A DNA stretch of 64,000 nucleotides from an uncultured Prevotella sp. (lineage in GTDB: Bacteria > Bacteroidota > Bacteroidia > Bacteroidales > Bacteroidaceae), in assembly GCA_964599665.1 (NCBI GenBank), contig CAZRGO010000010.1, positions 9,935 through 73,934 of the forward strand. The letters are read 5' to 3'. The notes under the pieces were generated by a model. The model was given only the letters and a program-made list of their open reading frames with translations. It had not been told where the DNA came from and made no database searches. The position numbers and the translations under genes were made by a program. Numbering within the stretch: the stretch's first letter is position 1; each line of letters opens with the position of its first letter. Below, piece by piece: positions 19,736 to 28,624 of the stretch.

Positions 19736-20628
19736 AAAGAGTCTCGATAATTATAGTAACGTACAATTCTGAAAAAGATATATACGATTGCGTGGATTCT
19801 ATCAGACAACACGCAGATATACCTTTAAAAGAAATTGAGCTCATAATAGTTGACAACAACAGTCAAAAGCCTGACATCATGTTTAACAGACTGCGTCAAC
19901 AATGGGGCAATGATATTATATTGATAAATAACACTCACAATGGTGGTTACGGACAGGGCAACAACGTCGGTATAAGAAACTGTAGTGCGCCGATAATTCT
20001 TATTATGAACCCAGATGTCAGACTTGCCTCTCCTTTCTTCGCCAAACCCTTGGCAGCATTTGAGAAAAGATATAATCTCATCATGTACGGAATGAAGCAG
20101 ATGTACACAAATACTTTAGAAAGTAACAGTTCTTTCTGCTGCACATACATGATGAACGGATATATGAGAACCTTGCTCGAAGGACTCCTAAACAGACTGG
20201 AATGGTATCAGCCAAGATACCAATATTTCTCTGGTTCTTGTTTCTACGTGCGCAAATCTATGTTCGAAGTTGTAGGACTGTTTGATGAGTCTATATTTAT
20301 GTATGGAGAAGAAGATGACATACATTACAGACTCATGCAACGCTTCGGTACACATTTCATCTACGATAAAAATATCCGCTATCTTCACCTTACATCAGAG
20401 AGAAAGCCTAATGCAGACTATGAGATGAAGTTCCTTAAAGTAGCATTAGTACAGAATGCAAAAAAAGGATACTCACAAGCAAAAACTATCAGAAATTTCT
20501 ATAGAATATACCGCACATTATATTGGCGCGAATTAATAAAAGTAATGTTTGGAAAAGACAAAGAACGATTAGAGATGCTTAAAGAAATGCTTAAACGAAT
20601 AAAACAACTCAATACAAACAACCATTAA
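19732..20628 (+). CDS. Family 2 glycosyltransferase (rhamnosyltransferase-like subgroup)
   Basis: 298 aa. Motifs VSIIIVTYNSEKDI...IIVDNNS...GGYGQGNN...MNPDV. 4-nt overlap with the preceding GT2. Confidence 0.8.
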   Translation: MKRVSIIIVTYNSEKDIYDCVDSIRQHADIPLKEIELIIVDNNSQKPDIMFNRLRQQWGNDIILINNTHNGGYGQGNNVGIRNCSAPIILIMNPDVRLASPFFAKPLAAFEKRYNLIMYGMKQMYTNTLESNSSFCCTYMMNGYMRTLLEGLLNRLEWYQPRYQYFSGSCFYVRKSMFEVVGLFDESIFMYGEEDDIHYRLMQRFGTHFIYDKNIRYLHLTSERKPNADYEMKFLKVALVQNAKKGYSQAKTIRNFYRIYRTLYWRELIKVMFGKDKERLEMLKEMLKRIKQLNTNNH

Positions 20629-20639
20629 TCCAATTCCCT

Positions 20640-21443
20640 ATGACTTTTCAAATACTAATGGCGTGTATGCATCAAAATGATTTGAGTATATTCTCGTCGT
20701 CCAATATCAAATGCGATGTGCTTGCCATAAACCAATGCGATAAAAACCAAATAGACTATTCCGATGACAAATCACAATGTATGATATCAACAACCCAAAG
20801 AGGTTTGTCACGTAGCCGTAACATGGCGATAGATAATGCATGGAGTGATATTTGTCTTATCTCTGACGATGATGAGGTATTTGACAATGGCATAAAGCAA
20901 AAAATTCTTCAAGCATATAATGACTATCCGGAAGCCGATATCATAGCTTTCCTAATAGACAATGCTTCAGGTTTTGGTGACAAGATCCATGGAGACAAGA
21001 AGACATATCCCACAAAACCATTCAGATGTAGTTTTCTCCAAACACTTCATATATCAAGTTGGCAAATATCCTTCCGTAGAAAAAGTATTATGGATAAAGG
21101 ATTACATTTCGATGAGAAAATGGGGTCAGGAACCGGAAACGGCGGTCAAGAAGAAAGTAAGTTTCTAATTGACTGTTACAAAGCAGGACTACAGATATGG
21201 TATGTCCCTATTTGTATTGCAAAAATGAACGAACTCCATGAATCACAATGGTTCCAAGGGTTTGACCAAAGGTTTTTCTATAACAGAGGATGGGCAACAC
21301 GCCGTTTTTTAGGGTGGACCTTATCAACACTCTATGCCATATATTTCGCAATAAAAAAACATAAGATGTATTCAACAAACATATCATTCGCAAACGCCCT
21401 AACAGCAATGATAAAAGGCATAAACTCTCCTTTAGAGAGATAA
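20640..21443 (+). CDS. Probable GT-A fold glycosyltransferase
   Basis: 267 aa with an acidic DxD-like motif (LISDDDEVF). Sits between GT2 genes. Family assignment is weaker than for its neighbours. Confidence 0.55.
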   Translation: MTFQILMACMHQNDLSIFSSSNIKCDVLAINQCDKNQIDYSDDKSQCMISTTQRGLSRSRNMAIDNAWSDICLISDDDEVFDNGIKQKILQAYNDYPEADIIAFLIDNASGFGDKIHGDKKTYPTKPFRCSFLQTLHISSWQISFRRKSIMDKGLHFDEKMGSGTGNGGQEESKFLIDCYKAGLQIWYVPICIAKMNELHESQWFQGFDQRFFYNRGWATRRFLGWTLSTLYAIYFAIKKHKMYSTNISFANALTAMIKGINSPLER

Positions 21444-21463
21444 AAATACGGGAACATTTCATC

Positions 21464-22225
21464 ATGACAATTTCCATAATCACCACTACATACAACTCCG
21501 CAGATACCCTGCGTGACACTTTTAATTCAGTGCTCTCTCAAACGTTCACAGACATTGACTACTGGGTTATTGACGGAGGTTCTAAAGATAATACAATTGA
21601 TATAATAAAAGAATATGAACCGAAATTCAATGGTAATATGCATTGGATTTCCGAGAAAGACAGAGGACTCTACGATGCAATGAATAAAGGCATAAAGCAT
21701 GCTACTGGAGACATTATTGGGATATTAAACAGCGATGACTTCTTCACCTCCGCTGATGTTTTAGAAACCATCGTAAAAATATTCACAGAAACACAAGAAG
21801 AACAAGTTGATGCTGTATATGGAGACATACATTTCGTAAAGCCAAAGGATCTTACCAAATGCGTAAGATACTATAGTTCAAAAAAATTTCGTCCTTGGCT
21901 TATGAGATTCGGTTACATGCCAGCTCATCCGTCATTTTATGCTCGCAGAGAAATCTTTGATAAATACGGCTACTACTCTTTAGAATACAAATTAGCCGCT
22001 GATTTCGATATGATGGTACGTCTGCTGTGTATACATAAAATAAGAACTAAATACATACACAAAGATTTCGTAACTATGCGCACAGGCGGAGCCAGTACCA
22101 GTAGTTTATCACACAGACTGTTACTGACAAAAGAGGATGCGAAAGCATGCCGTGCTCACGGTATAAAAACGAACTACATGATGTGTTCCATGAAATACAT
22201 CACCAAATTGTTTGAATTCATCTAA
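21464..22225 (+). CDS. Family 2 glycosyltransferase (paralogue of 3282-4046)
   Basis: 253 aa. Motifs ISIITTTYNSADTLRDTFNSVLSQTF...IDGGSKDNT and DRGLYDAMNKGI. Confidence 0.85.
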   Translation: MTISIITTTYNSADTLRDTFNSVLSQTFTDIDYWVIDGGSKDNTIDIIKEYEPKFNGNMHWISEKDRGLYDAMNKGIKHATGDIIGILNSDDFFTSADVLETIVKIFTETQEEQVDAVYGDIHFVKPKDLTKCVRYYSSKKFRPWLMRFGYMPAHPSFYARREIFDKYGYYSLEYKLAADFDMMVRLLCIHKIRTKYIHKDFVTMRTGGASTSSLSHRLLLTKEDAKACRAHGIKTNYMMCSMKYITKLFEFI

Positions 22226-22238
22226 AATCAGAATACGG

Positions 22239-23363
22239 TCAATAATTACGACTGTACTCTACCCCCATATTTTTTTCTTTTCGAGCAATCAATCTATTAA
22301 TGACGCAATGCATCATCACGTACAATATTATATCCAATACCACAATAAGTGTCTGACTCATATATGCGGCAACAAAATAGTTAGACACTATAAACAAACA
22401 TGACAATAGCAGAATAGTAACCATTGTCTGATGTCCTGTAAGACCCGCACGCAGCAGTTTATGATGTATATGATTCTTATCAGGCAAGAATGGATTACGC
22501 CCATCACGCAAACGTGAGGCAAAGACTCGCACAACATCAAACATTGGTATTATAAGAGTACTAAGCGCCACAATACCTATATTGTGAAACCGCGGATTCC
22601 ATACCGGATCACGCTGCCAGAAGTGAAGTATCAGGAATGCTAAAGTAAAGCCCAACGTCAACGAGCCGGCATCCCCCATGAAAGTTTTGTTATTTTTGTC
22701 AATAACATTATAATAAAAAAACGAAGCTACAACACCAAAATAGGCAATAGAGAACATTGCCCACATTGTGTCACCCACCATAACATTCAATATAGTAATA
22801 ACCAACAGGGTGACACAGGACAACCCCGATGCCAGCCCGTCAATACCATCTATCAAATTCATAGCATTGGTAACATATACCACGAAAAACACCGTTACAG
22901 GCATTCCTATCCAAAACGGCACGGCATTAATCATAAACATATAGGAGAAATCAGCCACCCACAGACCACCTACACACAACAATATTGCACTAACTGTCTG
23001 TATCAAGAATTTCACTTTATACCCTACCCCATGAATATCATCATACAACCCTATGGTATAAAGCATCATCACACCCGCCAAATACGAGAAAAAGTGCTGT
23101 ATCATAGTAGAGTTCCAAAGAGTATCCTTGCAGTATATATCCAAACGCAACAACGCAACAACCATTACGGATATTGTAATAGTTACAATCGGCAAGAAAG
23201 CAATACCTCCCATACGTGGTATAGGCAACTGATGCACTTTCCTGCCATCGGGAATATCATATAAATGAAGCTCCTTTGACAGGCTAACAAGATAAGGTGT
23301 AATAAAGAAACCTAAACAGAAAGTTGTTAATAATATTATTATCAGTATTATCAAAGTGTGCAT
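22239..23363 (-). CDS. WecA/MraY-family polyprenyl-phosphate HexNAc-1-phosphate transferase (glycosyltransferase family 4)
   Basis: 374 aa with about 10-11 TM. Motifs YDDIHGV, NAMNLIDGIDGLA and FMGDAGSL are typical of the PNPT superfamily. Confidence 0.85.
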   Translation of the reverse strand: MHTLIILIIILLTTFCLGFFITPYLVSLSKELHLYDIPDGRKVHQLPIPRMGGIAFLPIVTITISVMVVALLRLDIYCKDTLWNSTMIQHFFSYLAGVMMLYTIGLYDDIHGVGYKVKFLIQTVSAILLCVGGLWVADFSYMFMINAVPFWIGMPVTVFFVVYVTNAMNLIDGIDGLASGLSCVTLLVITILNVMVGDTMWAMFSIAYFGVVASFFYYNVIDKNNKTFMGDAGSLTLGFTLAFLILHFWQRDPVWNPRFHNIGIVALSTLIIPMFDVVRVFASRLRDGRNPFLPDKNHIHHKLLRAGLTGHQTMVTILLLSCLFIVSNYFVAAYMSQTLIVVLDIILYVMMHCVINRLIARKEKNMGVEYSRNY

Positions 23364-23470
23364 TTTAGAATAATTTTATAACAAAACGTTTCTATATGTA
23401 AAATATTGTATTCTGCAATAATATTCTAATGTTAAAAAAAAACAATCACAACTGTTTTAATAGAATACAT

Positions 23471-23501
23471 TTTGCAAAAAGAGATAAAAATTGTATCTTT
23501 G
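23471..23501 (+). promoter_or_regulatory. Bacteroidetes-type promoter (-33 TTTG / -7 TATCTTTG) for the sugar transferase gene
   Basis: TTTG at 23471-23474 and TATCTTTG at 23494-23501, with a 19-nt spacer. Confidence 0.5.
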
Positions 23502-23531
23502 TACGTCAATATGATTTTTTGTTTACAAAAA

Positions 23532-24107
23532 ATGGTTAAAAGAGCTATAGACATTATATTATCTTTTATTTCTATTATAATCTTCAGCCCTTTGCTATTG
23601 GTTATTTTCATCGGGTTGAAGTTGTGCTCCAATGGTTCTGTACTGTTCAAACAAGAGCGTATAGGACGTGGTGGCAAAGCATTCTACATATTGAAGTTCC
23701 GCACCATGATAGTTGACAGTGAGAAAGACGGCATCCCTCAACTCACAGACATAGACGATGAGCGCCTTACTCCTTTCGGGCGTTGGTTGCGGTCACATCA
23801 TCTTGACGAGCTGCCACAACTGTGGAACGTACTAAAAGGCGATATGGCGTTTATAGGATACCGTCCCGAAAGGAAATTTTTCATAGACAAAATCATGCAA
23901 CATGACAGCCGCTACGAGTTGCTGTATCAGATACGTCCCGGCGTCACCAGTTACGCAACACTATACAACGGCTATACTGACACTATGGAGAAGATGCTCA
24001 GACGCCTTGAGTTGGACTTGTATTATCTTGAGCATCAGTCTCTACTATTGGACGCCAAGATACTGTTGCTAACATTCTACAAGATTATCTGGGGCAAGAG
24101 ATTTTAA
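23532..24107 (+). CDS. Small bacterial sugar transferase (WbaP C-terminal domain type, polyprenyl-phosphate hexose-1-P transferase)
   Basis: MVKRAIDIILSFISIIIFSPLLL... followed by QERIGRGGKAFYILKFRTM, DELPQLWNVLKGDMAFIGYRPE. The start at 23532 was chosen because the predicted TSS lies at about 23508. Alternative ATG at 23511; the track ORF starts at TTG 23472. Confidence 0.8.
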   Translation: MVKRAIDIILSFISIIIFSPLLLVIFIGLKLCSNGSVLFKQERIGRGGKAFYILKFRTMIVDSEKDGIPQLTDIDDERLTPFGRWLRSHHLDELPQLWNVLKGDMAFIGYRPERKFFIDKIMQHDSRYELLYQIRPGVTSYATLYNGYTDTMEKMLRRLELDLYYLEHQSLLLDAKILLLTFYKIIWGKRF

Positions 24108-24192
24108 GCCGCATCACCATACCACGGTAGAATACCAACGGATACAGCATATCAGACAATGGCTATACCTGTCTAATATACGTGCAAATAAG

Positions 24193-24228
24193 AAAACCGC
24201 ACTTGGAGCTAACTCCTAAGTGCGGTTT
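24193..24228. terminator. Bidirectional intrinsic terminator between the sugar transferase gene and mdh
   Basis: AAACCGCACTT...AAGTGCGGTTT hairpin flanked by an A-run and a T-run. It reads as stem plus U-tract on both strands (TTTATTGTT on plus, TTTTCTTATTT on minus). Confidence 0.65.
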
Positions 24229-24268
24229 ATTGTTGGTTGGGTAACGTTAGAGTTTCTATATGAAAATC

Positions 24269-25261
24269 TTAGAGGTTCGGGTTAATTTCATTCCACTTGC
24301 TGATTTCCGGAATGATGTTCAGCGTAACAAGCTCGTCACGCATCTTGCAGAGATGCTCGTAAGAAGCATCCAACTTGGCGTTCTCTTCCGCCGTACCCTG
24401 AGGTACATTATAATGACATCCGTCCTTGTCTATAGTAGTATCCATGGCCATCATGATATGGTCGTACTTGTCGGTCTTTACGTATGTACCTGCAGGCCAT
24501 GCGAAAGACTCGCCACCCATAGCGGAACGTATCATCTCTACAGAAAGATATGAAGGACTCTGGAAAGAAGAACGGCCACGGAGCTTGATGATAGCGCTAC
24601 CACCTTGAGTAACGGCAGTCTTCATATTCTCCCACTCTTCTGTCGTAAATTCATCGGTACCGATAATATCCATAAGATTGCGATCGCCAATCTTTACCTT
24701 AGAACCGAACACTGCCATCTGCTCACCGTGTCCGCCAAAGGTACGGCAACCGGTCACCTCGCTCTGCTGAACGTTGAACTTCTTGGCGAGAGCAGACTGC
24801 AAACGTGTTGAGTCAAGACCGGCAAGAGTTGTAACCTGTCCCGGTTTCAGACCGGAATAAAGCAAAGTAACCAAACCGGTAAGGTCAGCAGGGTTAAAGA
24901 TAATAACCACGTGCTTTACGTCCGGGCAGTACTTCTTGATGTTAAGACCAAGCTCCTCGGCAATCTTACAGTTACCGGCAAGAAGATCCTCACGTGTCAT
25001 ACCCTCCTTACGTGGAGCACCGCCTGATGAGATTATATATTTAGCGTTAGTGAAAGCCTCCGCAACATCTGTCGTAGCTGTAATCTTCACGTCGCCAAAT
25101 CCGCACTGACGCATTTCCTCGGCAACACCTTCCGGTGAGAAAACGTCATAGAGACATATTTCACTTGTCAAACCCATCATGAGGGCAGACTGTACCATGT
25201 TAGAACCAATCATACCGGCAGCGCCGACAATAGTAAGCTTTTCGTTTGTCAAAAATGCCAT
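24269..25261 (-). CDS. mdh: Malate dehydrogenase (LDH-like, NAD-dependent)
   Basis: 330 aa. Motif LTIVGAAGMIGSNM plus full-length similarity to the Bacteroidetes-type MDH family. Confidence 0.9.
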   Translation of the reverse strand: MAFLTNEKLTIVGAAGMIGSNMVQSALMMGLTSEICLYDVFSPEGVAEEMRQCGFGDVKITATTDVAEAFTNAKYIISSGGAPRKEGMTREDLLAGNCKIAEELGLNIKKYCPDVKHVVIIFNPADLTGLVTLLYSGLKPGQVTTLAGLDSTRLQSALAKKFNVQQSEVTGCRTFGGHGEQMAVFGSKVKIGDRNLMDIIGTDEFTTEEWENMKTAVTQGGSAIIKLRGRSSFQSPSYLSVEMIRSAMGGESFAWPAGTYVKTDKYDHIMMAMDTTIDKDGCHYNVPQGTAEENAKLDASYEHLCKMRDELVTLNIIPEISKWNEINPNL

Positions 25262-25316
25262 AATTCTAATAAATGATTAATGTTTTTATTATCCTTATTT
25301 TGTTAATTTCCATCTG

Positions 25317-25324
25317 CAAAATTA
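25317..25324 (-). promoter_or_regulatory. -7 box TAATTTTG upstream of mdh
   Basis: Reverse complement of CAAAATTA. Lies about 55 nt upstream of the mdh ATG. Confidence 0.4.
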
Positions 25325-25363
25325 ATAAAAAAATGAATATTGGCGAAATTATTTTGCATTTCT

Positions 25364-25395
25364 TTTGCCGCTATACCGAAAATAAACTAACTTTG
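25364..25395 (+). promoter_or_regulatory. Promoter (-33 TTTG / -7 TAACTTTG) for the aminopeptidase gene
   Basis: TTTG at 25364-25367 and TAACTTTG at 25388-25395, with a 20-nt spacer. Confidence 0.55.
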
Positions 25396-25421
25396 CAAAG
25401 TCCATTTTGCAAAATACATAT

Positions 25422-27182
25422 ATGACAAACACCATCACCAAACGGCTTGAAAGCCTGCGACGCGAGATGCAAGCAGAAAGCATCGACATTATAATATTCC
25501 CGTCAACAGACCCGCACAACAGCGAATATCCGGCCTCGCACTGGCAGGCCCGTCAATGGATCAGCGGCTTCACAGGATCCGCAGGCACCGTTGTCGTAAC
25601 ACGAACCGAGGCGGCACTATGGACCGACTCACGCTATTTTATACAGGCGACGCAACAGCTTGAGGGTACAGGCATAAGGCTTATGAAAGAGGGGCTACCC
25701 GACACGCCGTCCGTTATGCAGTGGATAGCGCAAAAACTGTCGGCTTACGGCGGTACATACGTGGCCGTAGACGGTATGGTAATGAGCTATGACGAGATTA
25801 CGACCATGCGGCGGGAGCTACAAAAACTTGGCGGCATAACGGTGCGCACCAATTACGATGCCATGAAGATACTGTGGAAAGACCGTCCCGAGATACCTCA
25901 CGGCACAATACGTATACACCCTATTGAATATGCTGGAGAGACAGTGGAAAGCAAGATTACAAGAATAATGACCGAGGTTAAAAAGCGCCGTTGCCATGCA
26001 CATATAACGACAGACCTCATGAGCATTGCATGGGTTACGAACCTGCGCGGATGCGATGTGACATACACTCCAATCTTCCTTTCATACCTTTACATCAGCG
26101 ATACAGAGACTTGCCTGTTCGCAAACAAAGAAAGTATGACACAAGAAGCCACGAAACAGATGGTGAAAGCCGGCATAAAGGTACTTCCTTATAACACCTT
26201 CGCCGCATTTCTGACGAAGCGCCGCAGCGAGAAAATATTGTGCGACAGCAAAACCACCTGCCATACATTATACAATATCATAGCCGACAACGCCGTGGAC
26301 GGTGAGTCACCAATCATATTGATGAAGGCAATAAAGAACGACGCCGAGATAAATGGTTTCCGACAGGCAATGTTACGCGACGGCAAAGCCATGCTGAAAT
26401 TCATACAATGGCTGAAACCCGCCGTTGAGCGTGGAGGACAGACAGAACTTTCTGTAAGCCGTAAGCTGGAGGAGATACGTGCCGAAGACCCTATGTTCGA
26501 GGAACTGTCATTTAACACCATAGCCGGATATAACGCACACGGTGCCATAGTACACTATGCCGCGACACCGGAATCTGACACGGAACTGAAACCGGAGGGA
26601 CTGATACTGATAGACAGCGGCGCACAATATAAGGACGGAACAACAGACATAACACGCACCATCGCCCTCGGCCCGTTAACCGACGAGATGCGAAAAGCAT
26701 ACACGTTGGTATTGAAGGCGCATATCGCACTGGCAACCTTACAATTTCCTGAGGGTACGACCGGCACACAGATAGACGCCATAGCACGCAGCGTAATGTG
26801 GCGTGAAGGCATGAACTATATGCACGGAACAGGGCACGGCGTAGGGGCTCACCTCGCAGTGCACGAGGGGCCGCATGCTATACGCATGAACTGGGTGCCC
26901 ACTCCGCTGCAAGCTGGCATGACCGTGACATGCGAGCCGGGACTATACGTAGAGGGGCATTTCGGCATACGCACGGAAAATACCATGCTGGTGATACAAG
27001 GCGACGAGACACCTTTCGGCAAATTCCTGCGGCTGGAGCCTCTCACATTATGCCCGATAGATACAGATCCGATAGTATGGGAGATGATGACGGATCGTGA
27101 ACGCGCATGGCTGGAAGAATACAACACAAAGGTTTTAAGACTCTTACAACCTAAAGATGAGCAAGATACAGCATCACTATGA
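25422..27182 (+). CDS. pepP: Xaa-Pro aminopeptidase (M24B, aminopeptidase P family)
   Basis: Creatinase-like N-domains plus the M24 catalytic domain (HGTGHGVGAHLAVHEGP, CEPGLY). The ATG at 25422 is preferred over the TTG at 25407 used by the track. Confidence 0.85.
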   Translation: MTNTITKRLESLRREMQAESIDIIIFPSTDPHNSEYPASHWQARQWISGFTGSAGTVVVTRTEAALWTDSRYFIQATQQLEGTGIRLMKEGLPDTPSVMQWIAQKLSAYGGTYVAVDGMVMSYDEITTMRRELQKLGGITVRTNYDAMKILWKDRPEIPHGTIRIHPIEYAGETVESKITRIMTEVKKRRCHAHITTDLMSIAWVTNLRGCDVTYTPIFLSYLYISDTETCLFANKESMTQEATKQMVKAGIKVLPYNTFAAFLTKRRSEKILCDSKTTCHTLYNIIADNAVDGESPIILMKAIKNDAEINGFRQAMLRDGKAMLKFIQWLKPAVERGGQTELSVSRKLEEIRAEDPMFEELSFNTIAGYNAHGAIVHYAATPESDTELKPEGLILIDSGAQYKDGTTDITRTIALGPLTDEMRKAYTLVLKAHIALATLQFPEGTTGTQIDAIARSVMWREGMNYMHGTGHGVGAHLAVHEGPHAIRMNWVPTPLQAGMTVTCEPGLYVEGHFGIRTENTMLVIQGDETPFGKFLRLEPLTLCPIDTDPIVWEMMTDRERAWLEEYNTKVLRLLQPKDEQDTASL

Positions 27183-27219
27183 TGTGAACGAAGAAACATA
27201 ATGACTGCATATATGCAAT

Positions 27220-27310
27220 CCCCCGCTGCAATCACGCCCCGATTACATGGTAATCGGGGCGTGATTGCAGTATAATCGTGGTGTGATTACCATGTAATCC
27301 GGGCACGATC
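27220..27310. repeat. Member of the 22-nt-period palindromic repeat family; contains a perfect 21-bp-arm hairpin
   Basis: CTGCAATCACGCCCCGATTAC (27226-27246), ATG loop, GTAATCGGGGCGTGATTGCAG (27250-27270). This is followed by a second imperfect hairpin centred on GATTACCATGTAATC and then TTTTATTT. Units start at about 27220, 27242, 27264 and 27286. Confidence 0.75.
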
Positions 27311-27314
27311 ACTT

Positions 27315-28454
27315 TTATTTCCTTCCGGCAATAACCTTCAATAATCCCGGTGCATAACGCTTTAAAGAATAAAACATAAACAAAAGTACCGTTACCGTGG
27401 TAATAACCGCCAACAGAAAAATCGAAAGCATACCCCAATCTGTGGTCGGGCGAAATACGAAAAAGAGAAGTTTTACAATATCCGAACAAAGCATGAAATG
27501 CGCTACATAAATAAAGAAACCGGAAGACGATAGAAAAGGAGTGACCTTACAAATACGACGGGTCAACAACCATGATGATGCATTATAGGCAAAGAACAAA
27601 CCCACAAAAACATTCAGCCTTTTGATCGTAGCAGAAAGATCCGGGAAACAGTGAACCGACAAAACAAATAGCAAAGCCAACAAAGGATAAAGCAACATGG
27701 ACGCTTTGAAAAAACGACTGAATTCATGCATCATATCTTTTGCGTTCACACTCATATACGCTCCCCATGAGAAGAAGAAGAACGCAGTCAACAGCTGGTT
27801 AATATGTCCTAAATCCCAATAAGCCAAAGTAAACCATAAAACGCCCAACAGCAGCACAAAATAATAGTATGTATGTTTTAATATCCAATAAAGCAGAGGG
27901 GTACATAATACCACTATCATCAAATCCCTCAAGAACCATAAAGGTAAATCAGCAGGATAAATATTGTTAACAACTATTTCATTTGCAGCAGAAGAGTTAC
28001 TGAATATACCTTTTGAATTATCCCAAAAGGTTTCCAATATTGCCGACAGACTAAAATCCAATTGTGAATCATGTATGTTTGGGAAAAAGGCGGAAAAGCA
28101 GGGAAGCCGCAGAAATAACGGTTTTAATACAGCAACTATATTCCATATCAAGTAAGGTATTAACAAAGTCTTCACTCTATTCTTTAGTTTCTGCAGATAT
28201 TTATCTCCTGTTAATTCTCCCCCAAGAAAGAATACGAAACCAGAAATAAAAAAGTATATAGGTACGCTTTGTCCTCGAAGGAAAGCGTTTATAAAGTAAT
28301 TCGTTTCCAATAAAATCGGGAAATCATCCAATGATACAGAATTCCCTTGTATAGTAAATCCATCTGTACTGAAAGTGTGAATTGTCAACACAACCACAGC
28401 CAAAGGAAAACGTAGCAAATCCAGGCTCTGCGAGCGCAAATCATTTTTTCTCAT
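27315..28454 (-). CDS. Acyltransferase family 3 membrane protein (O-acyltransferase)
   Basis: 379 aa with about 10 TM. The N-terminal LDLLRFPLAVVVLTIH motif is typical of Acyl_transf_3. Confidence 0.8.
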   Translation of the reverse strand: MRKNDLRSQSLDLLRFPLAVVVLTIHTFSTDGFTIQGNSVSLDDFPILLETNYFINAFLRGQSVPIYFFISGFVFFLGGELTGDKYLQKLKNRVKTLLIPYLIWNIVAVLKPLFLRLPCFSAFFPNIHDSQLDFSLSAILETFWDNSKGIFSNSSAANEIVVNNIYPADLPLWFLRDLMIVVLCTPLLYWILKHTYYYFVLLLGVLWFTLAYWDLGHINQLLTAFFFFSWGAYMSVNAKDMMHEFSRFFKASMLLYPLLALLFVLSVHCFPDLSATIKRLNVFVGLFFAYNASSWLLTRRICKVTPFLSSSGFFIYVAHFMLCSDIVKLLFFVFRPTTDWGMLSIFLLAVITTVTVLLFMFYSLKRYAPGLLKVIAGRK

Positions 28455-28624
28455 AAAACTTTTTATATTATATCTTTTTTATTCTATAAAGCCAACAGGC
28501 AAGTGCAATTTATTTATAAAGTTATGGCGCAGACTCAATATAGAAGTGCAAAATCATATAGCATTATCATCGGTTGCATACCGGGACTATCACATGACGC
28601 AAGGTTTATCACAATCCCCCTTTA

